DNA of 64,000 nucleotides from Azolla caroliniana (lineage: Eukaryota; Plantae; Polypodiophyta), in NCBI GenBank assembly GCA_043228905.1, contig JBHGNT010000008.1:15562001-15626000 (forward strand), written 5' to 3'. The notes under the pieces were generated by a model. The model saw only the letters and a program-made list of their open reading frames with translations. It was not told the DNA's origin and made no database searches. A program made the translations under genes and the position numbers. Positions 24,118 through 37,791 of the stretch are shown piece after piece. Positions within the stretch are counted from its first letter, which is position 1. Each line of letters opens with the position of its first letter.

Positions 24118-24292
24118 ACGCGTTCCAGATCTCCATGGTGGTCTAGCAACTTAACGCGCCAGGGGCATACCCCCATGTTATTAGGCAGACCATGGCTGTG
24201 GATGACACATATTAATTAAAATTGGCAGAAAAATGTGATTACCTTCCGGAGAGGAAAAAATAAAGTGCGGGTGCCGACACAACAACAGGCGG
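24118..24292 (+). pseudogene. Family C protease C-terminal fragment in plus orientation
   Basis: Inverted homolog of ~28440-28607 (translates ...GAYPMLLGRPWLWM...NWQKNVITFRRG). Confidence 0.85.
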
Positions 24293-24726
24293 GACTAGCC
24301 ACAAACACAAGGTGTCATTGCGGATCACTTCACCAAAGGGGTGGTTACAGGTAGGATGTTAACTGGCACATATATGATTCTAATCCGACTGTTTTCAGAT
24401 CGATTCTGGATTCAGCATAACAATGATTGATTAACACACGTAAGATATACCAATTAAGCACAGACGGTAAGTAGAAAAGATACACAATACTCAAATCCAA
24501 AAACAAATTTATATTACTTCCGTTGTGGTTATAGGCCTCCAGTTCCATTTACAAAACGGTGCCATAACGACAACCGGTTATGAATCGGTCCGGATTCGGA
24601 TTGGTGCAACCATTTTGGATCCGTCCGATCCTATAGTATTTCTAACTAATTATTAATCTAATAATAATATTCGTTCCCGACTCATCCCTTTCCCCACTTA
24701 TCATCTAAACCATACTCTGTCCAACA
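24293..24726 (-). repeat. Family C terminal repeat, copy 2 (minus orientation, 434 bp)
   Basis: Direct homolog of 43897-44045 plus 62240-62445. Ends ATACTCTGTCCAACA. Confidence 0.9.
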
Positions 24727-26775
24727 CATGGCACACTCGTGGGACAGTGCATTGCACGTTGAACCCACAGTTAGCCTCGTCACTCCTTGTCGAGTATGTT
24801 CAAAATGCTCTGATCCAAGGGTTAAAGCGGTACTACACTCTGCTTCTGTTTTCTGGCTCTTTCCGGTTGACATTGTTCTTGTCCTGCTCCGGCTCCGACG
24901 TTCTCTCCATTTCCGGCTTGCTCTGCTTATTTCGTTCTAGCTTCTTCCGTTTGATCTGTACCGACTCCATCTGGCTGCTCCACTCCGACTTCCTTCGGTT
25001 GCTGGTTTGGTTGCTCTTCCAACTATTCCTCATCGCTGATATTTATGGTTGCCGTTCTTTTCTCCGCTTCTAACCACCGGCGCTCCCGCTTGTATCGCTC
25101 GAACTGTAATTGTGTTCTGAGTTGATCATCATCGAGCCTTTCAATCAACCTCCAGACAACTTTGAGATGAGTGTCGTCCAAGGAAAAGAAGTTGTCCAAC
25201 CATTCCTCCTGGATGGTGACAATACTTTCTTTGTCCATCTTCTAGAAATTGTTGTCGTTCTTCTTCCAAATTTCCAAATTGATTTGGAGGATCTGTAGTT
25301 CTACCGCTTGTTGCAACCATTGATTCCATACCTCTGCCGAACACTCGTCAATATAGGTCTTCGTCCGTTTTTTCCATGCCGTGAATATCAACCTGATTCG
25401 TTCGACGCCGAGCTTCGTGTTATCCTCCGTGGCCTACTTCTCGTCCTTAAGCTGTTTGATGAGGGTGGTGGTGGCCTTAGCCCGCACTTCATATTCCAAC
25501 AGTTTCGTTTGGTACGTAGTTTGGACCCTATCCAAAGCCATTTTTGCCCGTTCTAATTCGTCATAGTACTTTGTGATGAGCTGTGTTCTTTCCCTCCCCG
25601 CTTCTTCCAACATCTTCGCAGTTGAGACAACCGTCCTTTTTTCTTCCACCAATGCCTTTGTTTTCCATCTGGACTTGCTTCAATTTCACTTGCTGTCGGT
25701 CAAAATCCGACCCCAGTTTCTTGTGTTCCGCTTCAAGCTGCTAATGGTCCTGGTGCAACTTTTCAAAGTTCTCCGTTTTCTGCTTCAGCCGTCGATTTAT
25801 TTGAGAGCGTGCCCAATCCTCTCTCTCCTTCTGTTGCCGGATTTCTTCTTTTAGCCATTCTATTTCTATTTTTGCTATAATTTCTTCGGAGTATTTCTTT
25901 TTCCTACAACTTCTCTCTTTCCTCCTTCAGCCGGTCGTTGTTTAATTGACTCTTCCAGAGACTTTCTTCCATTTGCCGTCTTTCTTCTTCGACAGTTTTC
26001 TTTTGTTCCCTTTCTCTTTCTCTTAATGCTTCTAGAGGAACTAGTCCCTCCCTTAGTGTTAGCATTTCTTGTTCCCACTTCGCGTCTTTTATCGGAGATG
26101 TACTGATCTCCGGTTGTGCATCCGTTTCCGAAGCCTCCTTCTATAGATTAGCCAATTCTATCGGCCTTATTCCGGAGGTTGTGGTTTGTCCCATCTTTGA
26201 CATGGAGACCCCGAACTCCTTAGCCCTTGCCAACTCCTCCTCCAGGCTCCGAATGTGATTTCTAGCCTTATCCAATTCGTCGGTTGTTGTCAGCAATCGT
26301 TCCACTTTTCACCGCTCCACCCGTTGTTCTTCATCCATCCGATCCGCCACATTGGATACCTGCTTGCCAAGTGATTCTAACTATTATCGGCACAGTCCAT
26401 GCTGTGTGAGTGCAACGAACTGTTGCACTAGCTCTGGTCTCCATTCTTCCTCCTCCTTGAGCCATTATACAAACAACGCTTCTTGCTCCGGTGTCCTCTC
26501 TGGTTGGCGTTCCTCTTGTTGTTGCTGCCCTAGAAGAGCCAGTGAGATAAGTCTTTCTGTGACAGGTTCCTATTGAAACGTTGCCACCGCTTTTGGTCTT
26601 GTTACCGACGCTTCCTCCATCCTGGGTTCCACCACCGCTGAGGGGGACTTCGGGGTACTGTCCTTCTTCGGACCCGATCCTTCCCCTTGCTGCTCACTGT
26701 CACGCTTCCTTAGGCGACGCAAGAGGGTTTTGGCTGGTTCTTCTTCAACATCCTCTTCCACGGTTTCTTGGTTGA
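24727..26775 (-). pseudogene. Family C extra 3' ORF (degenerate, E/K/R/Q-rich, predicted coiled coil)
   Basis: Same-strand ORF fragments 26570-26803, 25875-26078, 25434-25652 and 25023-25238 (e.g. YYDELERAKMALDRVQTTYQTKLLEYEVRAK) downstream of pol. Confidence 0.6.
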
Positions 26776-29634
26776 CCCGGTCGGTGGTACATCTCGAATT
26801 CAAACTCTTGCACCAGTAGAGTCCACCTCGCTAACTTACCAGTCAATGATGTCTTGGATACCAAATAGATCAGTGTTGAGTGGTCGATATGGAATGAAAA
26901 CTTGTGTCCTAACAGGTAGTGGCAGTACTTTGTGACACTATAGACCATTCCCAGGGTTTCTCTCTCTGTTGTGGAATAATTTCGTTCAGCTTTTGAGAGC
27001 TTTCGGCTTGCGTAATATACCGGACGGTACCACTTTGGTTCAGTAAGCTACATGAGGACACTCCCGATTGCTATGTTTGATGCATCAACGAACACATCAA
27101 AATCTTTCGTCCAATCTGGAGGTTGTACTACCAGAGCTTGGGACAACATCACTTTCAACGCTTGATATGCCTTCTCCTCTTGCTCCGTCCATTGAAAGGG
27201 TATGCGGTGCACGACTATATGTAATGGAGTTGCAAAGTCTTCTAAGTATTGGAGCATCCGACTGTGCCACCGGATTTGACCTAAGAACCGGCTTAATGCT
27301 TTGGCGTTGGTCGGCGTTGGTGCTTGTAAGATGGCTTCCACCTTATCCGGGTCTATCGTAATTCCATTTTTGCTGACGATGTGTCCGAGTAGTGCCCCGC
27401 TTGTTACCCCGAAAACACATTTTGCCGGATTCAGGTTTAGTCGGTATCCTCGGCACTTCTCCAAACACATCCAGAGATGGCCTAGATGTTCTTCCTACTA
27501 GCTATAGACTACAAAATTGTCCAAAAAAACCTGCATAAACGTCGGAATGTATTCTCCAAATATTTCCATGATAATCCTCTGGAACGTCGTCGGTGTCGTC
27601 TTGAGTCCGAACATCATAACTACCGTGACGAATGCTCCCCACTCCGTGACGAACGTCATCTTTTCCTGGTTCACCGGGTGCATCCGTATTTGATTATAAC
27701 CACTGAATCCGTCCAAGAAACTATATACTTCATGACCAGCTACCGCATCTAACACCCCATCCATGAATGGTCGCGGAAACACATCCTTCACCATGGTGGC
27801 ATTCAGCTTCCGGTAATCAACGCAAACCCGAATCTTTCCGTTTTTCTTTAGTACGACGACTATCGGACTTAGCCATGTCGATTGTTTCACTGGTCGGATA
27901 AAACCGACTCTTAGCAGGTTATCAATTTCTTCTTTGACTTTTGCCGCATAATTTGGGTTCATCTGGTAACATTGTTGCAATACCAGCTTCACGTCCTTGT
28001 TGATGTGGATCTGATGTTGGTATAGTTAAGGATCCAACCCTCACATATCTTCGTATGACTAGGTGAATACATCTCAAAATTCCTTGAGTAGTTCAATCAT
28101 CATCATTTTCTCTTCCAGTGGCATTTCCTTCGCCACGTTCACTGGTTTCGGCACTTCACTAGTCCTGAGGTCCACCTCTTCTAGCAGGGATGCCTTTAGT
28201 CTTTGAGATATGACCATTTCCCGCTGTAGTGATTCCTCCACTGTTCTTGGATCGCCTCTTGATCCGGCTCGTCAAATTCGCTTTCCCGGTGTGTGATGTA
28301 CGGTGTGACGGCGTCGACTACGTCTACTTCAAATAACGACACGATCTTGGGGTGATCCTCTAGATATTGGTCAACTTTGTCATTTGACAATCCGTCCAAC
28401 ATGTTAATGCTCTTTGCGTATAACGGCGTTATCTGCTTTGTTGTTGTGTCGGCACCCACACTTTCATTTTCCCTCTTCGGAAGGTAATCTCATTTTTCTG
28501 CCAGTTTTGCTTAATATGTGCCGTCCACAGCCATGGTCTACCTAATAACAGGGGGTGTGCCCCCGACACGTTAAGTTGCAAGACCATCGCGGAGATCCGG
28601 AACGTGTGACCTCCGATTGTAATATGTTGGTTCCGGATGAGTCCGGTTGGGCGGACCAAACTGGTATCCGCCACTCGCAACTAGAATGGGCACGGTTCTC
28701 ATTTTGGGATGCCTAGGGTACCACATGTTCGTTGGCTGATTACGTTCACTTTGGAGCCTCCGTCCACAATTGTTCTGGGTATCTTGCTCCCTTTGATAAT
28801 TACTGTAATTGCCAGACTGCTTGTGTCTACTACGGTCGGTCCTTCCTCCGGATTGGAGAAAATTGTTGGTGCCAGCTCCGGGTTTTGTGATGTTTAAGCC
28901 GATTTTAGTTAGTCAGTAAATCGAGGGACTAACTGCAGTAGGCGGCCTAGTGGCAACATGATCTGACATTGTTGTAACGGCCTGCTAGGTGGGGTCATTG
29001 TCCATAGTCCCGAGTGGTTCTTCCAGAGTTGAGTTGTTCTTGTACTTCGGCCGCGTTTTGTTCATTTGCTTGTTGCATCCATTCTGTGGCCTGCTTCCCG
29101 ATGGCCTCTTGGGTCTCCCACTCGGTAGCTTTTCCTTTGGATCTTGTGGTGACTTGTTGGATATAAGTAACTTTTGCGGTCACCATATTTATCATTGGTT
29201 GCTTATTATTGGACTTGACCGGGCACTGGCTACTATAATGACCTTCCTTCCGACAATAGTACCAATACACCTTCCGGATGTTACTTGATTCTCCTTTTTC
29301 TGTATTTCCTGGATGGATACCGAAAGTCATCCTGTTATTATCTTCCGTCCTCCATTACTTTGGTTGCACTACAACCATATTTGTATCCGGCTCCCGGCGG
29401 TACTCTCTGGCCGGATCCCACCACTCTTCTCGGCGAAAATTTCCCCTTCGCTTGTTGCGTTGGTGGTTCTGGTACCCTTGACGTTCCAGGTACCGTCTAT
29501 CCTGATCTGGGTATGACCGTCGTTCCGGGTACCTTTTGTCGTCTTTCCATCGATCATAATTTGGGGAGTAATCGCGATCATAACAATCTCGGTTGTAGTC
29601 CTCTCTTCGCCTGTCGTCATACCGGTCACCGCAT
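26770..29634 (-). pseudogene. Family C gag C-terminus, protease, RT and RNase H (Athila/Tat-like non-chromovirus); integrase absent
   Basis: Degenerate Zn knuckle YYCRKEGHYSSQC; protease IVDGGS (~28755-28772); RT KNGKIRVCVDYRKLN, SFLDGFSGYNQI, VFLDN; RNase H FVDASN, NYSTTERE, KLARW, ending at YHRPG. Confidence 0.92.
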
Positions 29635-30409
29635 TGTTGTGAGGATTTTTGGCCATGGTGAGAAAACCGAGTGGGATAAATAAAATGGGGATGTGCAACA
29701 TTGCAAATGCACTTGATAGAGATTAAGAAAACAAATATAAAAAGGAAGGGTAAAATGTAAGGTGTTAAAGGTGAACTACAAAAACTCATAAAGTGTAAAT
29801 GTGATGTGCACTTATGTGCACATGCACATGTAGACTAAGGGGGAGTACATGGAATACGGGTGTAGTGAGTAGTGGGCATAGTGTGTGTGTGAGGAGAGGG
29901 AGTTAAGGCCCCATCAATCTCTCCTCCTAAGATCAAGTCAAATATTCCCCATTGAAAGAAGGGAGTAATGTGCCTCACCCCTTTCTACTATAAAAGGGAG
30001 TGAGGGGTCACCATTGTGGGGGTTGCCATTTTGTTGCTTTGGGGTAGAACATTAGGGTTTTAATTATCCCTATTTCATTTTAGGGTTTTGGGTTTTAGTA
30101 TCTCGTTTTAGGGTTTCATTCATTCATTCTTCTTCTTCTTTTCCCCTATACGGTTAGGGTTTCATCTAGAGGTTTACATTCGGCCTATGTGGCCATGGTT
30201 GTAATTCATGTGGTGTTTTCGTAATATAATCATTCGATGAATCTTGTCTTGTCTTGTCTCTAATCTTAATCTCTCCAATCTTAACCTCTCGAACCTTAAC
30301 CTTTCCCTTCTCGGTTAAACTCCCAAGCTTCTTTCCCTTCTCTCACTCCCTAGTCCAAGACCCCCATGGTCCCGTCCTATTCGACACACACCCGCGGAAT
30401 TCCGCGACA
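29635..30409 (+). repeat. 5' LTR of Gypsy-D (775 bp)
   Basis: TGTTGTGAGGATT...TTCCGCGACA, direct repeat of 41785-42540. Confidence 0.93.
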
Positions 30410-30413
30410 TCTT

Positions 30414-30431
30414 TGGTTAAACCGACATGAA
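30414..30431 (+). promoter_or_regulatory. PBS, tRNA-Trp-like
   Basis: TGGTTAAACCGACATGAA matches 15/18 to TGGTGAACCCGACGTGAA, the complement of the plant tRNA-Trp 3' end as recalled from memory. Confidence 0.65.
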
Positions 30432-31559
30432 GGGAGGCAAGGGAGGACGAGGAAGACTTCACGGAAGTAATGGTGAGGATAGTGACGTATTTCGTAAGGA
30501 AGAAAGAAAGACAAGATGTGGCTCAACAAGCCGTCGAGAGCGTGGTCGATCGAGTCGGCCGGTTCAACGGGGATGAGGCCCCAAATTTTTTGAGAGCCTA
30601 CAATGCCAAGATGACGGAGTGGGGCGTGGACGAAGCAATGAGGTTAGAGTATTTTTGTGGGGTGGTGGCTATATCGACACATGAAGAGTTCAAGGAGCTT
30701 TGAGAAGCTAATGAGTCGTGGGAGTCCTTTGAGGAAGCTCTATTGGAGGCATATGGGTATGAGAAACCGGAGGGGCAAGGTCAGTGTGAGTTCGATTGAT
30801 GGGTAGCATCAGTGAAGGCCCATTGGAGCGCAACGAAAGCATTCCAAGAGTTCGGGCATCGTTTTGCTTAACTCTCGGAGCGGGATCGAAGATCGGGGAG
30901 GGGGGGGGGGGGGTTGACAAGGTCCTACTATTTTTGAAGTCGGTCCGTCAGGAGGAAAGGATGGACATTCTACTTGAATGCAAAGATGATTATGGAGCAA
31001 ACTGCCTCACCGAGGATTGGACCAAAGTGGAATGGGTATGTCGGCGACATGATGAGAAGCGGTCGACCGCAATACGGCCCACAAGCGGCGGTGAAAAGAG
31101 GGTGGTGAGTGACTACGCACTACCACCGGAGGAGAGCTCATTGCGTAACGGTTTGGAGGAGCTCAACATAGAAGCATTGGTACGGGAGGCATACGAGATC
31201 TCGAAGACAAAGGTCGAAGCCAAAGAAGGGTCTATTATGGAGTCGGGTCCGAGAGGATCGAAGGATGTGGAGGGAGACGCCTCCCTATGCATGGAGGACG
31301 GGGCCTATGTGGAGGTCAATGGAGCGTGCAATGGTGACATGGGAGAAGGTGCGAAGCGAGCGACCCTCTCGTCTTGCGGGAAAGGGACGACCATGGATAA
31401 GGTCAGCGACTACAGAGCAATGAGCGCCACTTCGAGAGTGGGCGGAAGTTTCGGGACACGGTTGCCGGAAACATCGAACGAAGAGGAGGCAAGCGTAATC
31501 AAGGCTTGCGTAATCGAGGACAAGATAGCCACATACAACGACATCCGTATGGAGGTGGC

Positions 31560-34500
31560 TGTTGGGAACACCGTCTTCTAATGCGGAACAAGATCAACAC
31601 TCTTCTAGGATAAGATTGTAGATGGATGCAAGATCATAGCTTTGATGGCAGCAAAGACAGAAAAGAAAACAAATCATACGCAAGAGAGATAGTCAGAGAC
31701 AGGTAGGCACAATGTCAAGGAATTTTATTACAACTTTTACAAAATGAGCAAAAAACCAACGTAACTAGGTTACAAAGTCAGTTATATATACTGACTAACT
31801 TAGGGCAACTTCCCTTCTCACTATTTACATAAGTAGCCTAAGTCTAATGTGTTAAAAAAGGAGACAGTGTGAATACGTCCATTAGAAACCCGTATTCAAC
31901 AGTCCCTCGTAATGAGTATATAATACAGATTGATACAAAGTTCCGAACAACCGAAGTTTGGTGCCCGAAGAGCATCCTGATTGTCTGATTTAATCGAATT
32001 GATTCTTCATTACGCCCATGTGTTGCCTAAGGGATCAAAATTGATCCGCCGAAAGACACTTGGTTAATGCGTCCGCGACATTATCGGTTGTCGATATTTT
32101 CTCTAGACCGATTTTCCCTATAATGAAGCAGTCCCGAACTAAATGATATCGAACGTCGATATGTTTGGAGGCGTTTTGATGAATCGGATTTTTCGACAGA
32201 GCAACAACACCCTGACTGTCACTGTAAACAATTGGAGCCGAACTGATTTCGGCCTCTTTTGACGCATTTGACGCGGCTACATATTCGGCCTAGGTCGTTG
32301 ATGTGGCGGTGCATTCCTGAAGTTTCGATTTCCATGAGATCACTCCATTGCCGAGTTTAAAACAATATCCGGTTGTCGATTTACGACTGTTTATGCAACC
32401 TGCAAAGTTCGAGTCGGTGTATCCAACTATGCCTGAGATGTCGTTCGGCCGAATAGAATACCAAGGTCTTTTGTGCCACCAGATATCTAAACACATGCTT
32501 GACTGTGTTCCAGTGCGATCGGCTGGGATTATGCATAAATCTGTTGACGACTCCAACGGCGTGAGCGATATCAGGCCGTGTCGTGACCATCGTGTACATT
32601 AGGGAGCCAACTGCCGGTGCATATGGTATTGACTTCATAATTTCTCCCTCCGGACCGGATGTCGGGTAGTTTCGCTGAAATAACCGATTATGAATATGAG
32701 CGGGGGGAGCGGGGTAGAGGTAGATTTCGCCGATTCCATGTTGAAGCGTTCGAGGACACATCCAATGTAGTCGGACTGGGACAGAACCAATTTTCGTTGA
32801 TTACGATTCTGACTTATCTTCATACCAAGAATGTGTCGTGCCGGACCGAGATCCTTCATGGCAAACTTGAACTGTAGTTGCCGAATGAGTTCGGCTAGTT
32901 CGCCAGCATGGCATCCAGAGATTAGCATGTCATCTACGTAGATGATGAGGAAGATGGATGAACCATCTCGAGCTGTTTTCGTGAAGAGACAATGGTCCTC
33001 ACCACTCTTTGAGAAACCGATCGATTGGATGAAGTCGTCGAACTTCTTGTACCACTGTCGTGGCGCCTATTTCAGGCTGTAAAGACTCTTCCTGAGTCGG
33101 CAGACTAGATGTTCTTGGTCGGATGCCACAAAGCCTTTCGGCTGCTCCATATAAATTTCCTCCTCAAGATCACCATGGAGGAAAGCCGTTTTGACATTTA
33201 GCTGAACCAGCTCCAAATTTTCGGCTGCCACTGTGCCAAGTATGAATTGAAGGGTTGTCATCTTCACCACGGGCGAAAAGATTTCGTCGAAATCGACACC
33301 GTGTTCCTGTCGAAAACCCTTTGCTACTAATCTGTCTTTGAATTAGATGTCTCCTTAATTCGATAGCCCCACTTGCACGGAAGAGCACGCCGATTTTTCG
33401 GTAATTCGACTAGGACCCAAGTCTTGTTTGCGTGAATGGAGTTCATTTTGGACTTCATTGCCAGATGCCAGGTGGCCAAATCAGCTGACGCCGATGCTTC
33501 TTCATATGACGTCGGTTCTCTGGCGCCTGTAAAGAAAATGCCAAGAGAGTATCTCTCTGGGGGTTGCGACAATCTCTCTTCGAGGTATGACTGGACTAGT
33601 CGCATCGGGTGTCGTGGTTGGATGGTCCAGAGTCGAATCGTTCGGTTGTGCCAAGTCGAAATTCTTTGAGTCGGTGTTAGAAGGTTCTGCTACCCATGAA
33701 GCTGATCGTGTGTTGTGCGTTGGGCCTTCATGAAGGGTTGGCACATCGGAAAACTTATCCTTCGGACTTCGATCGGTTATTCGACAGATTGATGCATGGC
33801 CGACTCATTGAACACAACGTTCGAACTTTGGACAATTTGTTTGTGTTCGGGGTCCCAGAGTTGGTATCCCATTTCGCCATTTGTTCCATAACCGAGGAAA
33901 ATACATTTCTTGGATGGTGCAAGTTTGTGGTGATCATCTTTCGGGATGAGGGCGTACGCCTCGTATCCGAAAATCCTTAGCTTGTTGTAATTCGGCCTAC
34001 TGCCGGTCCATAGTTCCTAAGGGATCTGAAGTCCTAGAGGCCTACTCGGCGACATATTGATTATGTGTACTACCATAAGTAGGGTCTCTGCCTAGAAGCC
34101 ATCCGATAGTCCGAAGTGTTGGAGAATGGAAACTATCCTTTCTTGAATTGTCTGATTCATTCGGTCGACAATTCCATTCTGCTCCGGACTATGACGTGCC
34201 GTAAATTCATGTTGTATGCCACATTATTGGGAAAATTTGAACAACAAACAACATACACACAGAAGATAGAGAAGGCAGATATAGACTTACATAGTTGCAA
34301 GCTTTAATGGAAAGCTTGTTATTTCTGCACAACGGGTTTCTCTCTCTCAGAGATTACAATCGTCTGCTCGTCATCGTCATGGTTACAATGTTAGGTATTC
34401 GCTTATATAGTAAGCCCTAACTTATTAATGAATTCACACTTGGACAGATACAACTTGGAAGGAGCGCCTTTTATGCCAACAAACTCCCCTGTAAAAGGAC

Positions 34501-37500
34501 TACTCTTTCTTGCATGTACAAGTGCTTGGGGTTATCTCCCCCGTAAACCTAGATTACAAGTTTAACTAGATCTTATGTTACAAGTATGTCGGCAAGTAGC
34601 CGAGTCGGCAGAGGTATAGTATGAGTTTCGATCAGCTCTTACCTTCTTCTCCTCGTTCGGCTTTCTTCTACTCGGTCGCTTGTTGTAGCTCCATCTTCAT
34701 CCTTAGCATTCCGAAGCGTTGATTTGGGAGTGGCTTCATCAGGCAATCAGCGAGGTTCACCTAAGTGTCGATCTTCTGGATTTTGAGTTTCTTCTAGGGC
34801 ATGAGCTCTCGGATATGATGATACTGCACCTCAATGTGCTTTGTCTTTGCATGGTAGACGGGATTGTTGATGAAGTGTATTGCGCTCTATGAGTTGCAAT
34901 AGATGGTCGGCGCTGGTCGGTCTATTCGGTTTGTAGTTCTGAAATCGGCAGATAGTCGGTGTAGCCAGATCGCTTCCTTTGCTGCTTCTGATGCTGCTAT
35001 GTACTTGGTTTCTGTGGTAGACAGAGTTGTGCACTCTTGTAGTTTCGACCTCCATGATATCGCACCACCACCATAGGTGAATATGTAGCCTGATGTCGAT
35101 TTCAGATTGTCCGTGTTTCCGGCATAGTCGGAATCAGTCTAGCCTTTAACTTTGGTTGATGTTGTCAAACCGAATGTCAGCTGTGCATCCGTGGTTCCTT
35201 TCAGATACCTAAGGATGTGCTTGACGGCCTCCCAATGCTTCTTTCCTAGGTTTGACATGTACCGGCTGACCACCCCTACGACATAGGCTAGGTCGGGTCG
35301 GGTCGCCACCATTGCGTACATGATACTTCCTACTACTGACGTGTAGGCTATCTTTCCATTAAGCTCTCTCTCCTTGTCGTTTACAGGAGAGTCTTTGTCC
35401 AATAGTTTGATGGACATTGGAAGCGGTGTCGCTGCTGGCTTCATATTCTCCATGTTGATGCGCTTCAGCACCTTGCGGATGTAGTCGGATTGGGAGAGTC
35501 GGAGAGTCCTGGTCGTTCGATTTCGCTCTATCCTCATGCCCAGTATGTGTCGGGCTTGTCCGAGTTCCTTCATCGCGAATTTTGCGTGAAGGCTCTGCTT
35601 GAGCTTTCCAATCTCTGCTTGATTGCTCCCTGCAATCAACATGTCGTCAATGTATAGGATTAGATAGATGCATACATGCATGGGTCGGAGTTTGATCTGT
35701 TGTATCCAAGCTGCCATATGTAGGAGTCAAACTTCTGGTACCACATTCTCGGCGCTAGTTTTAGGCCATATAGACTTTTCTTTAGTTGACATACAAGGTG
35801 ACTGTCCTCCCCCGTCGTCGTGAAGCCTGCTGGTTGAGACATGTATATGTCTTCTTCTAGATCTCCGTGTAGGAATGCCATCTTTACGTCCATTTGCTCG
35901 AGCTCTAGATCTTCTGTCGCCATGACTCCTAGTTGGAGTCAGAGGCTGGTCATCTTGACTACTGGTGAGAATATCTCGTTGTAGTCGACCCCGTATTCCT
36001 GTTTGAATCCTTTTGCGACAAGCCAAGATCAGTGTTCTGACTGAGATCAATGGTCTTGAGAGCTCAGGTACATGTTAGACATTCCGTAGTACTAATGTAG
36101 AGTCACCCACGAGGTTGAGCTCTACTGTGCCGATTCCAATTATGTCGCAATGTTGCGAATTTCCTACTCGAACTGAGACGGAATGTCGGGCCGTGTATTG
36201 CCGAAATTGGGATCGATGAGGAGTCACATGAAAGGATGCACCCGAATCTAAGAGTCACGTGCTCGATTCTTCAGTCGTAAACAGAACTTTTGATTCGACT
36301 AGGTTCTCACTTGATAGTATATTCGGGTAGTTTGTCAATACTTTGGCTGAAGAGACGATGTAGTTGATCTCCTCGTATCGGCCACTCTTCTGCTCGGCTT
36401 GCTGAGCCTTATTGTTTTTGGCCTTGAGTGCACGACAATCGACTTTGATGTGTCCGGGTTTCTTGTAGTACTTGCAGACTTGATTATCTTGGGACTTGCT
36501 CTGACTTCATTGATTGTTTGATTGCCGTGAGGAACTTCTTCCACGACTGTTCGATTGGTCGGTTGAACCTTGTACTACGTAAGCGTTGTTGGCTGAATCG
36601 TTAGCAAACGATTTTCTCCGAGCTGCTTCAGTCAGAATCGCACTCGTGACTGAGGAGTACTTAACGGCAACTGTCGACACATTGCACACGGTTGTAACGA
36701 AAGTTTCCCACGAGGGAGGGAGACTACTCATGAGCAACATTGCTTTTAGTTCATCCTCGATAATTGTCCCCTAGGCCAAAATTTGGGAGCTTAAGCTTTC
36801 GTACTCATTCAGGTGTGCCTGGACCGAGCCAGACTCTTTCATCCGAAGGTTATAAAGGCGCTGAATCAGGTATATCTTGGTGGCGGCAACCTTCTTTTCG
36901 TAATTGTCTGAAAGTGTCTTCCATAGTTGGAAGGCAGTCGAACACGATTGCACCATGAAGTACATAGACTCTGATAGGTGCATCCGAATAGTGGCTTGGA
37001 CAATTCTATTGAGCTTTTCCCATTCAAGAGACTTGTATCCTTGTGGAGGGTCTTCATTCTCAACATGGATTATATGCAATACTCTAGGTTGATCCTGTTT
37101 CAGTTAACTACAATGATGAGAGGGACGGATCCGACTGGTCCTTCCGAATGTCGTTTAGTCGAATGAAACTCAGATTGGGGTTGCCCCTGGAGTCGTGTTT
37201 GCTTCAGGTGACTACGGTGTGTAGGAGAGTAGTGTCAGATGACCTATTCGATTTCCTCCTGGTCAAGCGAAGCAACGAATTGGCCTAGTCGAGATAGAAG
37301 TTTCACTTCGAGTGGCGACAATCACAGAACCAATAGTGATCTAGAACAATGGAGTGCCGACAATCTTGTTGTAGGTTGCCTGTCAAGATCAGCTAAGATC
37401 TTCAAGATACACAAAGGAGAGTTGTTGATGGAGACTACATAGAAGGCGACAACAGAATCAAACAGAAGACCAAGCTCTGATACCAAATGTTGGGAACGTC

Positions 37501-37791
37501 GTCTTCTAATGTGGAACAAGATCAACACTCTTCTAGGATAAGATTGTAGATGGATGCAAGATCATAGTTTTGATGGCAGCAAAGACAGAAAAGAAAACAA
37601 CTCGTATGCAAGAGAGATAATCAGAGACAAGTAGGCACAATGTCAAGGAATTTTATTACAACTTTTACAAAATGAGCAAAAAACCAACGTAACTAGGTTA
37701 CAAAGTCAGTATATATACATAAGTAGCCTAAGTCTAGTGTGTTAAAAAAGGAGACTATGTGAATACGTCCATTAGAAACCCATATTCAACA
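31560..37791 (-). mobile_element. Degenerate Ty1/copia 'Copia-5' (relative of the intact element) nested in Gypsy-D
   Basis: TSD GTGGC at 31555-31559 and 37792-37796. LTRs 31560-31901 and 37488-37791 (38-bp indel). iMet PBS at 37474-37485. Gag, protease, RT and RNase H fragments homologous to 47673-51686. Confidence 0.95.
34225..36027 (-). mobile_element. 3' fragment of another copia ('Copia-6': RT, RNase H, PPT, 3' LTR ~34225-34481) inside the Copia-5 integrase
   Basis: ORFs 35660-35923 and 35139-35717 (QMDVK, LYIDDML, KHWEAVKHILRYL). PPT adjacent to 34482. The 5' part and neighbouring Copia-5 integrase core are deleted, so no TSD. Confidence 0.85.

Noticed and set aside
22917-24726. Stand-alone 1.8-kb TIR DNA transposon or foldback element
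   Set aside because: Flanks CACAT and CATGG do not form a TSD; the TSD partner of 22917 is at 62446, and the interior is an LTR plus a protease fragment.
30052-30162. TTAGGGTTT clusters in Gypsy-D LTRs as interstitial telomere
   Set aside because: Isolated telo-box-like motifs inside LTRs, not tandem TTTAGGG arrays.
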